Made by a program: the position numbers and the translations under genes
Assembly: GCA_047495785.1 (NCBI GenBank)
Contig: JBLDXI010000013.1
Coordinates: 1,488,001 to 1,552,000, forward strand
From: Lepidodermella squamata
Lineage: Eukaryota; Animalia; Gastrotricha
DNA length: 64,000 bases
Direction: 5' to 3'
Notes under the pieces: model-generated
Seen by the model: only the letters and a program-made list of their open reading frames with translations
Databases searched by the model: none
Told to the model about the DNA's origin: nothing
In this document: positions 1 through 13,500 of the stretch, piece by piece
Layout of the letters: each line of letters opens with the position of its first letter
How positions within the stretch are numbered: position 1 is the stretch's first letter

Positions 1-589
1 TACAAAGACCTTACTAATCAACCTTACTAGGATCTTTATAGAGATTTCAAAGACCTCTATAAGATCTTGCAACATGGAGTGAAACGGGGGAATCGATTTG
101 AAATGGCTAGAAAATGATCGGAAATGCTCTCCTGACATCCCAGGGGCATGCGTTCCGAGAAAGACAGGATAACCTCATGCGCAGTTGGAAAATGGAGAAA
201 TCCACCTTAATGACACTTTTAAGCAAAAGCTTTGATTTTCCCACTTCGTCACTCTTTATGAACGCTCTTAATAACGGTTACGAATACGTATTAATTCCAA
301 CCCCTTTTCAGGAAAACCCCTATTTCTAAAGCTCCTTTCAAACGCGGGCAGCTCCATGAACAGCGACTGGAGCGCTACACTGATAATGCCTCCGTGATTT
401 TAGGCTCCAGTAAGAGCGGAGCTGGTAAATGCTTCCGAATGCTTTTACTGTGCTGCATTTTAGGAATTAGGAAATCATATTATAATTTTTGATTGGTTTT
501 GAGGCCTGTGATTCTGGCAAATTCTGACATTATTGCATTATGGCGGAGTCTTAATGAGAAGCTTGGTCAAATGATTGGCATTCTTTCAG

Positions 590-1500
590 TGGTACGGGGT
601 ACGGGTTAGGCTTTATGCATACGGCTTCATGCACTTGCCTGCCATTCCTGAGCGTATGGCAATGCTTGGCGTGCCCCAGGCATGCGACAGCTGTTGCGCC
701 TCGCTGAAGTCGTGGATACCTCCACCGCTGCCGGCGCCCAAGCTTTGCTACCACAATTTGTACCTTACGCCTCTTCTTTTCCTCAACCTTACGATCAGTC
801 GTCGCTTGGCCTTAACGATGATGTAACGATGCAGATTTTTCCCTTGGCTTGCCTAGTACCTACCACCGTCCTGCAGCGGATTACCCACGTGTCGACATTT
901 TTGTTGAGCACGCTCCTATGTGCCGCCGGCCCCGGTCGCGACACCTGCGCTACTGCGCGCCGCCGGGCGCAAAATACAGCAATCAAGCGCGCGGTGCGCC
1001 GCGGCAATATTTCGAGACTTCTTACCACATCTTCGAGTAAATTACAAACTTAAGAGAATTGGTTGGTTTTATTAGGATTAATTTCTTTCAGCTTTATCTC
1101 GAGCACTTTTATGGCTCGCTCACGCGGTATAAAACGCGCTCGTTGTCGCCGGCTCACGGTGTTGGCGTGCGTGAAAAGTTCGAGAAAGACCAACTGGTCG
1201 ACTACAACACGGCTGCAACTGCTGATCCCAACATCCCAATCGCATTTTCGATGGCTATGATGGGCAACTTGAAAAGTTGGCTGATGTTGTCCGAGCTGGG
1301 AGGGTTTTCGAAATGTTGGAAAAAGTTCGTTTCTCAGTTGATCGAATTCTCGAGAATTGGGCTTTTTTACAGGATGAGCCTTGGATGTTTCGGAGCCTGT
1401 AACAAGGGCGTATAGTCGAGTTTGGACATATTTAAAGGCGCATCCAAAAAGATCCCTTCTTTTTCACGAATATACTTATTGGCGGCAACGTTCACGTTCA
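590..1500 (+). pseudogene. Possible degenerate transposase remnant (KDZ/CxC-like), frameshifted
   Basis: Fragments in shifting frames (ASCTC..IPERMAMLG.P..TAVA..LLRLAE; LYLEHFYGSLTRYKTRSLSPAHGVG; AMMGNLK) loosely recall the CxC cluster and DGNxKL motif of KDZ transposases. No intact ORF and no TIRs seen. Confidence 0.25.
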
Positions 1501-2808
1501 TTTATTCAAAATCAGATTAATAAATCATTTTATTATATCAAGTAAGTTTTTGCGATCGCATCAATTAATAAGCAGTGAATGAGCGCTGAGATGGAAGCAG
1601 CGACTGTAAATCTACACCTTCAGTAGCTTCGCGTACGGATGATCACGCCTACAGACACGCGACAGACGACGGGCAATTTTTTCTTCGGCTCGCTTCACCC
1701 CCACGCATCGTAATCATCCATATAATGAAACCATAAGGACGATAATATATGAAATCTCCACATATGTTTTTGTTAACTTAACTAATAAATGGCTCTCCTA
1801 GCTCGTCATATTAAATTTCTCGCATATATTTCTCATGCTAATGCTGACCAAATGATAAAGCATAGTGGATGAATTTCTCAGAGTTTATCATTTGACAAGT
1901 GTAACCGGAATGCGTTAGCGCTTCGTGTATAATATTAGGAAGCCTTAGTGGATTCTCAAATGTCGATAGGATTGTATTGATTCGAAATCGTGTTGAAAAA
2001 TAAAGCGGCATGTGATGAAGAGAAGACAAGAACTTTTTGCAAGATTTCATCAAGGAGTATCGAATATACTAAACATGCTATCGCCGTGAAGATGAGCGCT
2101 CCTACGGGTCTAATTATGGCGGTTCCTAAAACGTTGATCCCGTCTGCACTCATGATAATGCTACGATGAGTGCTGCTTCGAATGCGACTGTGACTTTATA
2201 TGCCTGTGCTTCAAGCCTCACAGTTGACATAATACTACATGTTTTGCGCACTAATATTTAAAACGCGGAGCATTTTTTCCTCGGTTGATCAGGATTCTAC
2301 TGACTCTACTGACGCAATTCATTTGCCTAGCAGCGAATCGACCAGATGGCTTATAGGCGAAGTATGATAAATATGAGCTGTATCTAAGATTACGGAAGCG
2401 AACAGGATTTTAAGCACATAAGTGTGTATTAGTGTGAATTCATAGAACTAAAACTTCATCCAGCTTCGTTTGCGCGCTGAGAAATAAATTTTTTTAATTG
2501 CGCATCCTGTGCCTTATTCTCCTTACGCTGAGCTTAACTTTCTGTAGCTGCGCATTGGCAGCCCTCAAGCGAGTTACTAATGCTCCGCTATTCAATTATT
2601 TAATACTTCTGATATTGCGAAGAATTAGGTGAAATTACCTCCCCGGATTTTGATTATGCTTCATTTTTGCGACTATATGCTTCATTTAGAAATATTTTTT
2701 CCTTATTTTTTCCTCATTCCCATTTTTATTTAGGAAACATCGACTTGTCGTTTTTCTGTTATTATTTTTCCAATAAGCTTTATCCCCAATGACCAGAAGT
2801 GACAGTAT

Positions 2809-5800
2809 ATGGGATCATCTTGCACTTGCTTGATTCGTAATCGTCCCATCGAAAGTTCTGTTCATCCGTCGTCCTATCATCAATCCGGTTATTCATCTCC
2901 AAAAAAGGCATCTGCTGCTAATCTCAAGAAGGATAAGGTAAATTCACATAACCCCCTTTCCCCGGCGCTATCAACGCCCGGGGATAATTTGTCGGCGAAG
3001 AGCAAATTAAAACCCGATCACTCGCAGGAGGAGGAATCACCGAAGAAGCAGCGACAACACCAGTTCGCTAGCAAATCGTTCGGCGATTCGCAGGACGATT
3101 CGCACGATAGCACGCAGAAGTCGAATAAGAAGGGCCGTAAGAAGATTCGACAGGAAGAACGCCAAGTCGAAGTTACCACTGTCCAGACTATCAAAGAGAC
3201 CCGTATTATTCACATCGAACACGCTGCGGATTCGGCTGGGGAGAATAACGCCGATTCAGCGCCAAATACTACAGACGACCAGCACGCTTCAACTGAACAT
3301 CAGAACGGTTCAGCTGACCCGACATCACCAGGATATAAAGTTCCACCAGGCCATCCGACTGTCATTTCTCGGGATTATTTCCCTATCAAATCGAAAACCG
3401 TCCCGGAGGAACTTGTGAAATCAGGTCTAATGAGCTTCGATAACAGGGGTTTAAATGTGAAGCATCCTTCAACTTCTACCACAGGCGAAGGAGATACGAC
3501 GTCGATAGCTAACAAGCGTAGGTTTTCAAATAAAACTAGGTCATGTAATTTAAACTCGATTTTTTACGTTCATAGATCAATCAATGGAGACGCCATACAC
3601 CCGTGACTGTGAATCGCCGGCACCGCGCTATGCGCGACATCCATCGCTCGCGACGACGAGCGTAGTTGACAGCAGCGTTACGGAAGTCGAGGTCAACAAC
3701 CCGACGGCGATGAAAGCTGCCTCGCAAAAGCTGCGAATGCTGCTCGAAGTGTTTAACAGCGGTATCAATGTTGACAAAGCGACGATTAACGATTCACTGT
3801 CCTATGCGATATCTGTCTTAGACTACAACTACCACCAAAAGAAGAAGTCTGCGTTAGTTTTATATATCCGGGTTTATATAACAGTTTTTGTTCTTTTTTT
3901 CTGAATTGCGTCTCGGCCGTTTATTGAAGCAGGCAAGCGCTCGATATGGAAGAATCTGAATCTTTCGCCGAGTCGCTCAGCCGCGCGACAAGTGTTGACA
4001 ACTTGGTGCGCGACTGGCTTGTATCTACCTTCACGCGCTCGACAAGCCGCGCCGGCGGCTATATCGATGACAAAAATGCGAACAAGAAGAACTTCAAATC
4101 TGTGGCTAATGTTATCCGCATCAGTATTATGGTCGATCGATTCCGCCGGTCGCTATATCGTATTACAATGCCAGACTATTTGAAGCCGTATTTCAAGGTG
4201 CGGTGTTTAAAAAATCCTTAATTAGAATGCAATTAGCCGAGTTTATGGGTTTTTATTACAGAAATTCTGCTATTGGGACTTTGATGTCTTCGATTTACAT
4301 CGAGCTAGCGGCGGGCACTCGCTTCGCTTTGTATGCTTCGAGGCTTTGGCCAAATTTGGCATCTGTACCCGCTTCAAGGTATAATCATAAAAATCGAGGA
4401 CTAATTAATCAATTTTTATCGATCAGATCCGCCGAACTGTTATGGAAAAATTCCTCAACCGCCTTGAAGAAGGCTATTGCCTAAATAGGAATCCATACCA
4501 CAATGTGCTCCATGGCGCCGATGTGACTCAGGGAACCGTCTTCTACTTGGCTGTCACTAATTTGATTGTAAGAAAAAAATAGGTCAAAATCTTCGATATG
4601 TCTAATTTGACATTGGTTCAATTATAGGAATGGCTGTCGGAATTGGAAATTTTCACCGTCATCATCGCATCAGCTATTCATGACTTTGAGGTATGAGTGA
4701 AAAAATTAGGTGCCGACTACGCTATAATCGATTATGATTATCCCTTTAGCACACCGGTACCACAAACAACTTCCATATCAATACGAAGTGCGTTTTATTT
4801 GGCTTCTTTGATCGGCTTGTGACGCAAATTATGATAATAATGATCCTTTTTTGTCTTAATTCCTCAGATCCGATTTGGCGCTATTCTACAACGATCGATC
4901 GGTGCTCGAGAATTACCACGTATCATCGGTTTTCCGTTTCATGAGCCAAGACCCTGAAGCCAACATATTCACGGGATTAACAGCCCAAGAATACAAGTGA
5001 GAATAGGTTAATAACGTCATCGATACCAAATTTTCACTAAATTCCAGGGAAATGCGCGCTCTGCTGATTGAAATCGTCCTCAACACTGATATGCAGTTCC
5101 ATTTTGCCCAGGTGAAAAATATGCGGACAACCCTGAGCTTGCTAGAAGCGTAAGTTGAGAGGATGAAAAAGAGTTGGAAATTGTAATAAAAAATCTTCAA
5201 CAGTGACCCGACACCTTCAGCTGTAACTATTGACAAAGCAAAGGTGCTGTCGCTGTTGGTTCACTCGTCAGACGTTGGCCATCCAGGCAGGTCATGGGCC
5301 GTTCACCTCAAGTGGACGAAAATGTTGTGCCAGGAGTTTTTCAACCAAGGCGATCGCGAGAAAGCGCTAGAGATGACCGTCTCGCCGTTGTGCGATCGAC
5401 TGACAACGAACATTGCCTCGTCTCAGATCGGCTTCATCGATTTCATCGTGAATCCAACCTTCGACGTAGTGTTGGACATGATCGAGCGAATTTTGAATCC
5501 GATGTTCCTGCAGCACAAATCGCGGTCAAGCGCAACGCTACTGCCTACGTTGGAAGAAGGCGTTGAAGGTGAGGAAGACGTAGCTCCCGCAGCGCCAATC
5601 AACAACCGCCGCGGCTCGCAAATGCCGACAGTGGAGACGGACCCCTTGGCGAACAGCGACGACTATGCAGCGCTTGTGGAAAGCGATGTCATTGGAGAAC
5701 CGCGTGATTACATACCCTTCAAATGGGACTGTACGTTTAAATTAAATTGAAATCAGCTTTGAAATTCCTGTTTTGCATTTCCAGCCCGACTGCCAGCTCT

Positions 5801-6434
5801 CAAACTTCCTAGGTTCTATGCCAAAAACATTGAAAACAACAAATCAATGTGGCGCAAACATATCGAAGATGAGGTGAACGATCCTATGTTCTTCAAGCGA
5901 TTCGAACGCGATCCTATCATCGAGTTGGGCTGGGTATGGCCGGAAGAGAAGGAGAAAAAGGAGACCAGCGGATCGGAGAATGAGCTCAAGAAAATTAAGA
6001 AAGAGGAAGGCGACAGCGACGAATCTGTCGTCGACGAGCAAGAAGCAAGGCGAGCTCGCCGCGAACGCCAGAAAGCGAAAATCAAGGCTAAGGAGAAGGA
6101 GAAGCAGGAAAAGGACAAGGAGAAGGAGAAGCGCAAGTCTAAGCACAAAGAGCACAAGGAGAAAAAGCGCAAATCGAAGACAAAGGAAGGCGAAGCAGCG
6201 TCGAACCTTGAAGTAACCGCGAGTGGGGTGGAGCAATCAGCCAGCGGACAAGAAGCAGAAGGCGGTGCTATGAACAGCGACAAGGAGTCGGTCTGTGGCG
6301 ATATTTTCGAGAGCAACGCGGCGGTTCAAGGTGAAGGCGAGATAACTTTCGACGAGCGCGATCTCGATTTGGGCGAATATAACAGTTCTGTGAAAGGATC
6401 CGACAAAGGGTCAGAACATGAACACGAATCTTAA
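2809..6434 (+). CDS. PDE1: Ca2+/calmodulin-dependent cyclic nucleotide phosphodiesterase 1 (multi-exon)
   Basis: PDE1 N-terminal motifs (QKLRMLL..LSYAISVLD; VRDWLVSTFTR; NFKSVANVIRISIMVDR) and catalytic motifs NPYHNVLHGADVTQ, HDFEHTGTTNNFH, YNDRSVLENYH, HSSDVGHP, EFFNQGDREK, SPLCDR, SQIGFIDFIV, separated by short GT-AG introns. Lys/Glu-rich tail. Confidence 0.95.
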
Positions 6435-7537
6435 CTTCTAGTTCCGTTTTGCGCGTCTAAAAATATTGCGTGTAGTTTCTTATATTGATTGTTTCATTCA
6501 TATATTCACAAATTATTATCTGCGACCGCATCACCTCCACTCGAGTAAGCAACAACATTTCGGGAATAGTGTCATAAATTCATGCAACTTGTCGTATTTA
6601 CGTAAAATTAATGTTGTCCCAATATATTATTGTCCCAACTTATATACCCGCACAACAATTTGGAAGAGGGTGCAAAGGTAAAATGTATATAGGTCATGTT
6701 TACTAAGAATGCTCTCTCGGTGCCTTCCTCATACGAACTATATAAAAGCTTGTCTATGGTATAAAGCGCGGGATAATCTTGTAAAATATCAAGTCGAAGA
6801 TGAACTTGGCTGATTTCATCTATATTGCACGTGATGCTCTTCAGTCGTCTACATATTTTTCGAAATCTTTAACCTGACGAAACAAACTCGACGAAAATTT
6901 CAAAAGTTCTGTAAATAGCGGTAGCGTTTTTGTGTGTGTGTGTAATTTTGGCACAAAAGTTTCAGTCCTTGTCATCATGCTTAATCAACTTTCAGCTATA
7001 GAAGCTATTTCAAGTCGAATTAATTTTATATCGTTGTTGTGATGTTTACTACTACTACTACAATAAGCAGCGTGTGGCTGCGAAGGCTGTAAATATAAAT
7101 AAAGGCGTGGAAATTCTGCGGGGAGTTTCGAATCCTTAGAACTTCGTTGCTGGCCCGATTATTAGCTCAAACAATTAGTTCACATCAACACGGAAGCAAG
7201 CGAAGGGAAGTATCAATGATAAGTGCAATCGAATCGATTTTCTTCGCGATCGAGTGGCCGGCACACCTGCATGCAGCGTACCTGTACTTCGACCAGCGTA
7301 CTATACCGGCATAAATTTGTATATAGAATTGAGAAACTAAGCAACTACTACAGCTAATAACCAAAAAATGCTACGCTTTTCGCAGTTCGATATCAAATAA
7401 AAGCTAAATAGACTCTTCATTGATTATCGATACAGCACATTATGTGACTGTGGCAGCTCCACACGTGAATGCCAACTCACCGAAGCCACGCAAACTACAA
7501 CATCTTTTTCGCAGCTTGTTGATCTCTTGTTGGAAAT

Positions 7538-10500
7538 ATGTCTACAACTTCCCAGTATGCGCCTGATAAATTTGTCGCGAGGATTGCGTACTTTTACAAA
7601 GATGGCGACCAGCGCTTCAAGCCAGTTCGGATGGTCATTAATCAGAAGCAATATCCAACCCTCAACTCGCTGATTTTTGACCTGAATAAAAAAGTCCCGC
7701 TAGTCAGAGGCGTGCGGGCTATTTACTCGCCAGGCGGTCGCAGCCGAGTTTCGTCGATAGACGAGGTTTTAAATGAAGGTCAATACGTCTGCTCATCGAA
7801 TCTAGCTCAAGCTGCTGGGGTTGACGTAGACAACATGCAGTTGGACAAAATCCCTTGGCATGGCACGGCTGCTCCAGTGTTAAGTTACGCGGCTGAAGAT
7901 AGCCGTTTTCTTCGCACTGGCCTGCCCGAGTTTGACCCAAGCGACGATGAGATCGAAATTAACCCTTTGGTAAGTTAAATTGAATAATCGATTCTCAGGA
8001 AAAACCCGATTTATTCCAGAATGCTCGTGGTCGAATGGAAAAACTGCAAGAGCTGAGGAATTTCGAAGTTCGCCGGCACCAAGAGCGGGTTAGGCTGCAC
8101 AAAGATCCATCATGGGCCGATAAAATTCGTCGAATTACAGTCATCCGGAATGGTTACCCCGAAACAACAAAGCCATACACCTTAGCAATGACCAACGCCT
8201 ACAACCTTGCCAAAGTTAAAGCGGATTTATCCGAACTTTTCGCCTCACCAGTTGAAGCTGTTTATACTCTAAACGGCAGACAGGTATGATATTTAAGATC
8301 TTTGAAAAAGTTTTCTAAGCCAATTTTCAAAGATTCAAAGCGTGGATGATATGTTCGATTGTGGGGATTACGCTCTTGTAGCAACTTTCGGCGAGTCATT
8401 TCGGGCGAATTCGAAATACGCTCGTAGTCAACATATGGCGAACATGCCTCGAAAATTGCCACCACTTAATAGGAAAAACATGAGGTCCCCAGCATCCCTT
8501 ATCAGGCAGAAGACAAAGGTCCTAACGCCAAGTCAGCGGCGTAGTGAAGAGTACGACCGGCCCATAATTTCGCCGGTTTCTATGGGCCGGCATCGTAAGG
8601 CTCAGGTGAGGTCCAGGGCTCGATCCGCCGGCTCAAGGTCCAGCGGCTCGTCCAGTGACCAGGAAGAAAACAGAAGCAAACGTGGCGGGCTGCTTAAGCC
8701 GATGATGAGGGCGACTTTGCGGCCTCGGCGGGGTCAGAAAGCTGGTCAAAACTTGAAAGATAAGCGAACTATTGCCCGGTCTGAAATAGTTGAGACTAAA
8801 CGGCAAGCTGAGCCGTCTGTCATGCAGTCGTGGCCTAATCTTGGCCGAGGGGATGAATACTTATTACCGCCTGGTTCGCTACATCCGTCTAAACGTAGAG
8901 GCGATGACTATTTACCACCGGCACCAGCTACAGATCGAAGCAACAGCAAACGAACAACTCCTCTGCCACCTATCATCAAAAATCGGCGCGAAGCTCAGCA
9001 TAACGGAGGTTTAAAAAAAAATTCCCATAACTGACTTGATACAATTTATGTTCCTTTTTAGGCGATCAAGTTTGGAACGTTAAGATTGCAACAGGTACCC
9101 TGCAGTCGGCCTCTAGTTCTTCCGGTGTCATCCTAACTGCGTATGGTCATAAAGGCGCTTCTAAGCCGCAAGCCTTTGTTGCACCTAAAAAATACTTAAT
9201 CACAAATTCTTCAGAAAAATTCCAGGTAATTTTTTGTTTACAGCGAAATTCTACGTCATTCTGAGTTTCTAAAATTAGTGGAAGCTACCAAATATTGGCG
9301 ATATCTATAAAATCCGAGTTGAGATAAGCAACTCTGGTTCAAACCCTGATTGGCTCTGCGAGGAAATTACAATGGATAATCCGGTTACTAAGGAAGAACT
9401 GCGATTTCCGTGCCGAAAATGGTTCTCCGAGAAGCAGGGTGACAAGCAGATCATTCGAGAGTTACCCGCCTATTCTGATACTCGACCTCCGGTTGCTGTA
9501 TTTCAGTACGACGTTATCGTAAAAACAGGGGATCTTTGGAACGGCGGAACTCAGGGTACCGTGACTATGACTGTTTTTGGAGAACGGGGCGACACTGGGC
9601 CAAGGCTGCTATCAAAGCCTGTAGGAAGTTTGCCCGGAACGAAACCGTTCAGCAAGGGCCAGTCTGACGTTTTCCAGCTAGAATCAGTGAGTCTGGGCGA
9701 GATCAGGCGGATAAGGCTGAGCCATGAGCCTGCACCAAATGGTATGGGATGGTTCATCGAAAGCGTGACGATCCGTGACCGCATCGGTAATATTGACTAC
9801 CTGTTCCCGGCGAATCGATGGCTGAATCCTCAAGAGGACGACCGGTCTCTTGTTGCGGAATTTCGAGCCACGGATACGCACAACAGCATGAAAATCCAGG
9901 ACAGGCAAATATGGCCGTACCTGAAATGGATGTTCACGTTACGGGAGGCTGAACTGGTTTTCTACTCTAGCGTATCTCGCAAAGCGCTTCGAATGTAAAC
10001 TTGATTCAAAATTCTTCAAATTAACTAACGAATTGTTTTAGAACTGGCGGGGGATTTGTTGACGCAAGAGCTGAACAGATCGAGCGACTTGACGGCAGTG
10101 GCAAGTTTTTGCCTCAAAGATATTTATCGTTTGTTAAAATGCCATATAATTTTCAGCGGTTTTCTTCTACCGCAAAGGCGACGATCTCACGCAGGAGAAC
10201 ATCTACGCTCTTTGCACGGCATCTTCGAAGTCTCCCTCGTTTCTTGGCTTCAGCCACAAGAAAATCGTCTCGAAGAGCAATTATACACCTGGCTGCGATT
10301 TGCGCATTCATGTTTTTCCAACGCGGGAATTTGTTTTCGAATCCGAGAAATACCCTAGGTGAAATAGCCTATAATTCGTCTTTAAACTTTTTAATCATTT
10401 TGCTTTTTCAGCAATTTCGTCTCAGTGGCATCCAATGGCCAGCTTTATCCAGAAACTCAGGTGGTTGCGGCTCCAGGTCCGAGTCAGTCTTTCTACTGCT

Positions 10501-13500
10501 ACGTGAAAGGGTGTTTTCGAAACCAAGGCATTATAATGTTATGCACGTCGCTAATGCAAACTTTATGCATCGATCGGGATCCTTCAGCTTTGACTGCTAA
10601 TGGAAAACGCAACCGACTGGCTCAATTTCGCGTTCATAAAGTCAGCCCAGCTGGCATAAGGAAGTTCGAATCAGTCGTTTTTCCCGGGTGTTACCTTCAA
10701 ATGAAAAAAGGCCTCTGCAACTGTGAAGGTAATGGGGATAAGTACTGCGAATTCAAAGTCCGCCGGTGTCGCGAGTCAGGTTACGTTACGCTTGAATGCG
10801 CGAGAGAACGCGGCTTTTTAGGATTTTTGCCCAATGGATTCGTTCAAATTTTCTTCGACACTGTCTCGACCTCACCACAATGCCGCATCTATCCTGAAAT
10901 TGTCGAATGTAAGTCTCTCTGTATCCTCTCATAATGTAATTGTTATCATTATTTAACCAATAGTTGGAGAAAGGAAGCAGCACCGACTAGGCCCACAGCC
11001 TGTTAATAACGAAATGATAGCCAATGAGACTACCGAGAGGCGTCGTGACAGTTTCGAGGAGGTTAATCACAACGGCAGCGATCCCGATGACGATCTGAAC
11101 TCCGATGTGGATGATCTGTATCGCGATCGATATCGTGGACCGAAAGGTGCGAAAAAAGTGGTAACGAAACCGAAAGAAACTAAACCTCCGCCAGCAAAAG
11201 AGATGCCACAAGCAGCTCCACCTCCTCCACCGAAACCGAAGCCCGTTAAACCTAAACAGCGATCAGCAGACAGCGACGGAGAAAAGGATAAGGTGGAACC
11301 TCCTGCGAAGAGTTTGCCCAAGAAGCCGGAACCCCCACCGAAGCCACAAAAGACTGGTAAACTTGAATTAATCTTTTTACTTGACTTAAAATTAACTTTC
11401 CTTACTTAAGACGCCAAGCCAAAACCGGTTGCTGCGACCAACAAACAAAGCAAACCCTCAAGTAATTCGAAACTAGTCGCCAAGGAAGTGAAACCTGCAG
11501 CAAGTCCTGAAAAGCCACCAAAGCCTGCCGCGCCTAGCGAGAAACCCAAGAAGCCGGATTCAGCAAATATGATACCGAAACCGCCGCCCAAACCGCTTGC
11601 TCCTACTCTTATCCCAGAGGCCAAGTTCGATCCTAAGGCAGACTCTGAAGCGCTGAATAAGGTGCTATCGGCCAAGCCGAACGACAAAGAGGAGACAGCC
11701 AACGTACTAATGAACATTTTAGCGGACCGTTCTGCAGCTCAACGCGGCGAGATCAAGAAATGTTACAAAACCTTGACCGGAAAGGATTTGGATCTAACTG
11801 TTGGCAGTCTGGTCTCAGGAAACTTCTTCAACGTATTAGCTGCCTTATTGGTCAGCAATGTATCTACCATTGATTACTGCGTTCACCTGCTGAACAAGGT
11901 TTCATCTGGCCGAAAGGATATTGAGGCCCTGACAGATATAATCTGTACCACGCCTCATGCAGAGCTTCAAAAAATCAAGGAGCAATACCAAAAAAGTTAG
12001 TAACATTCATTGATTTTCAGGTAAAGAAGTTCCTATAATATATTCACAGCTTATGGCCACCCGCTTGAAACCGATGTGAAACCTGAGGATGATGACGATG
12101 AGACTGAGGAGAATTTTGCTGAAAGGCTGCTTACAAAGCTACTACGACGACCAGCCTCGCCGCCATCGGTGGATTATAATGCTGTAAAAGCCGATGCTAA
12201 GGGTTTAAACGATGCGCATAACCAGAGTGCAGCTAAAAGTACCGATTTTTCCGAGCATTTGGCTACACTATTAAGCTCAAAAGGCCATTTCGTCCTGCGC
12301 CAAATTTTTGACGCTTACAAGAAAGAATTCGGTTCCGAGATTGAAGACACAATTCGCTCTGAATGCTCCGGTCAAAATCAGACGTTTTTACTTGGTTGCG
12401 GTAAGCTATCATATAATTCTTTTGCTGAGTTAGGAACAACATTTTTGATGCAGTTGGCGCTATTAGGAATAAAGAGGAATACTTCGCCAAGCGGTTCCAA
12501 ATGGTTACTGTGACCGATAACGATGATGTGGCTCTGATTAGGCTGGTTGTCCTTAGATGCGAACTGGACCTTTCCGATATAAAACGGGAGTACGAGCGTT
12601 TATTCAAGAAACAGCTAAATAAAGCGATTACCGAGGAAACAACTGGTGACTACTGCGATATCTTGCTGAGGCTTGTTGAGGGCAATCGCGAGCCTCGTAA
12701 GCCTGTGGAAACAAAAAAAGTTGACAAAAATGTTAACGAGAAAGTTGAAGAGCATGAGACGCCCGCTCAAGCCCCGAAGATGGAAGAAAAAGAGCCCTCT
12801 GATCATCGACCAGTCGAGCAACCTAAAGACCCTGAAATTAAGCCAACTCCTTCGAGAATTACTGCTCCAACTTTATTGCCGGCGAAAAACTTCAATGCCG
12901 ATAAAGACGCCGCTAATTTGGTGAAGGCGATGGAAGTTGTAGAGGACGACGAAGAACCTCTCGTTTCAATTTTGGCCCGCAGAATTTTCATCCAGCGTGA
13001 ACAGATTGAAGCTGCTTATAAAAAAGCTTACAAAAAGGTTTTCGAAGTAAATCCTTTCTCTATTATCTTATGGTATTATCTTACAGAATTTCGACGACGA
13101 TATTGAGAAGGCCCTTGAGAAGGCGCCGCCTATATTTAGGCGAGCCATGCTGAAATACCTGGCCCCGCCCCACCAAACAGCGGCTAGGTATCTGAAAAAT
13201 GCTATCGACAATGATCCGATCGACAACGTCAACTCCTTGGAGTGTCTGGTTCAAATCATTTGCACGAGCACGCTTGCCGAACTTCAGCTTATAAAAGACG
13301 CATATGCTGGCTTGCCGAATGTTACTAACACCTTGAAGCAAGATCTGACAAGAGGTAAAGTTGGATTCATCGGCAACATTCTTGCATCATTCCTCAATCG
13401 TCCTGTCTCCGCGTAAGTCTTATCTAATTTCTTCGCTTAGCCTTCTTTGAGCTTAAAAATCGGCAAACAAGGTATCCGCATCAAGTGCAAATCCAACTGG

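Noticed and set aside
5816-6316. Antisense hydrophobic ORFs (FSFSLSFS, LLLLL)
   Set aside because: Mirror of the Lys/Glu-rich PDE1 tail.
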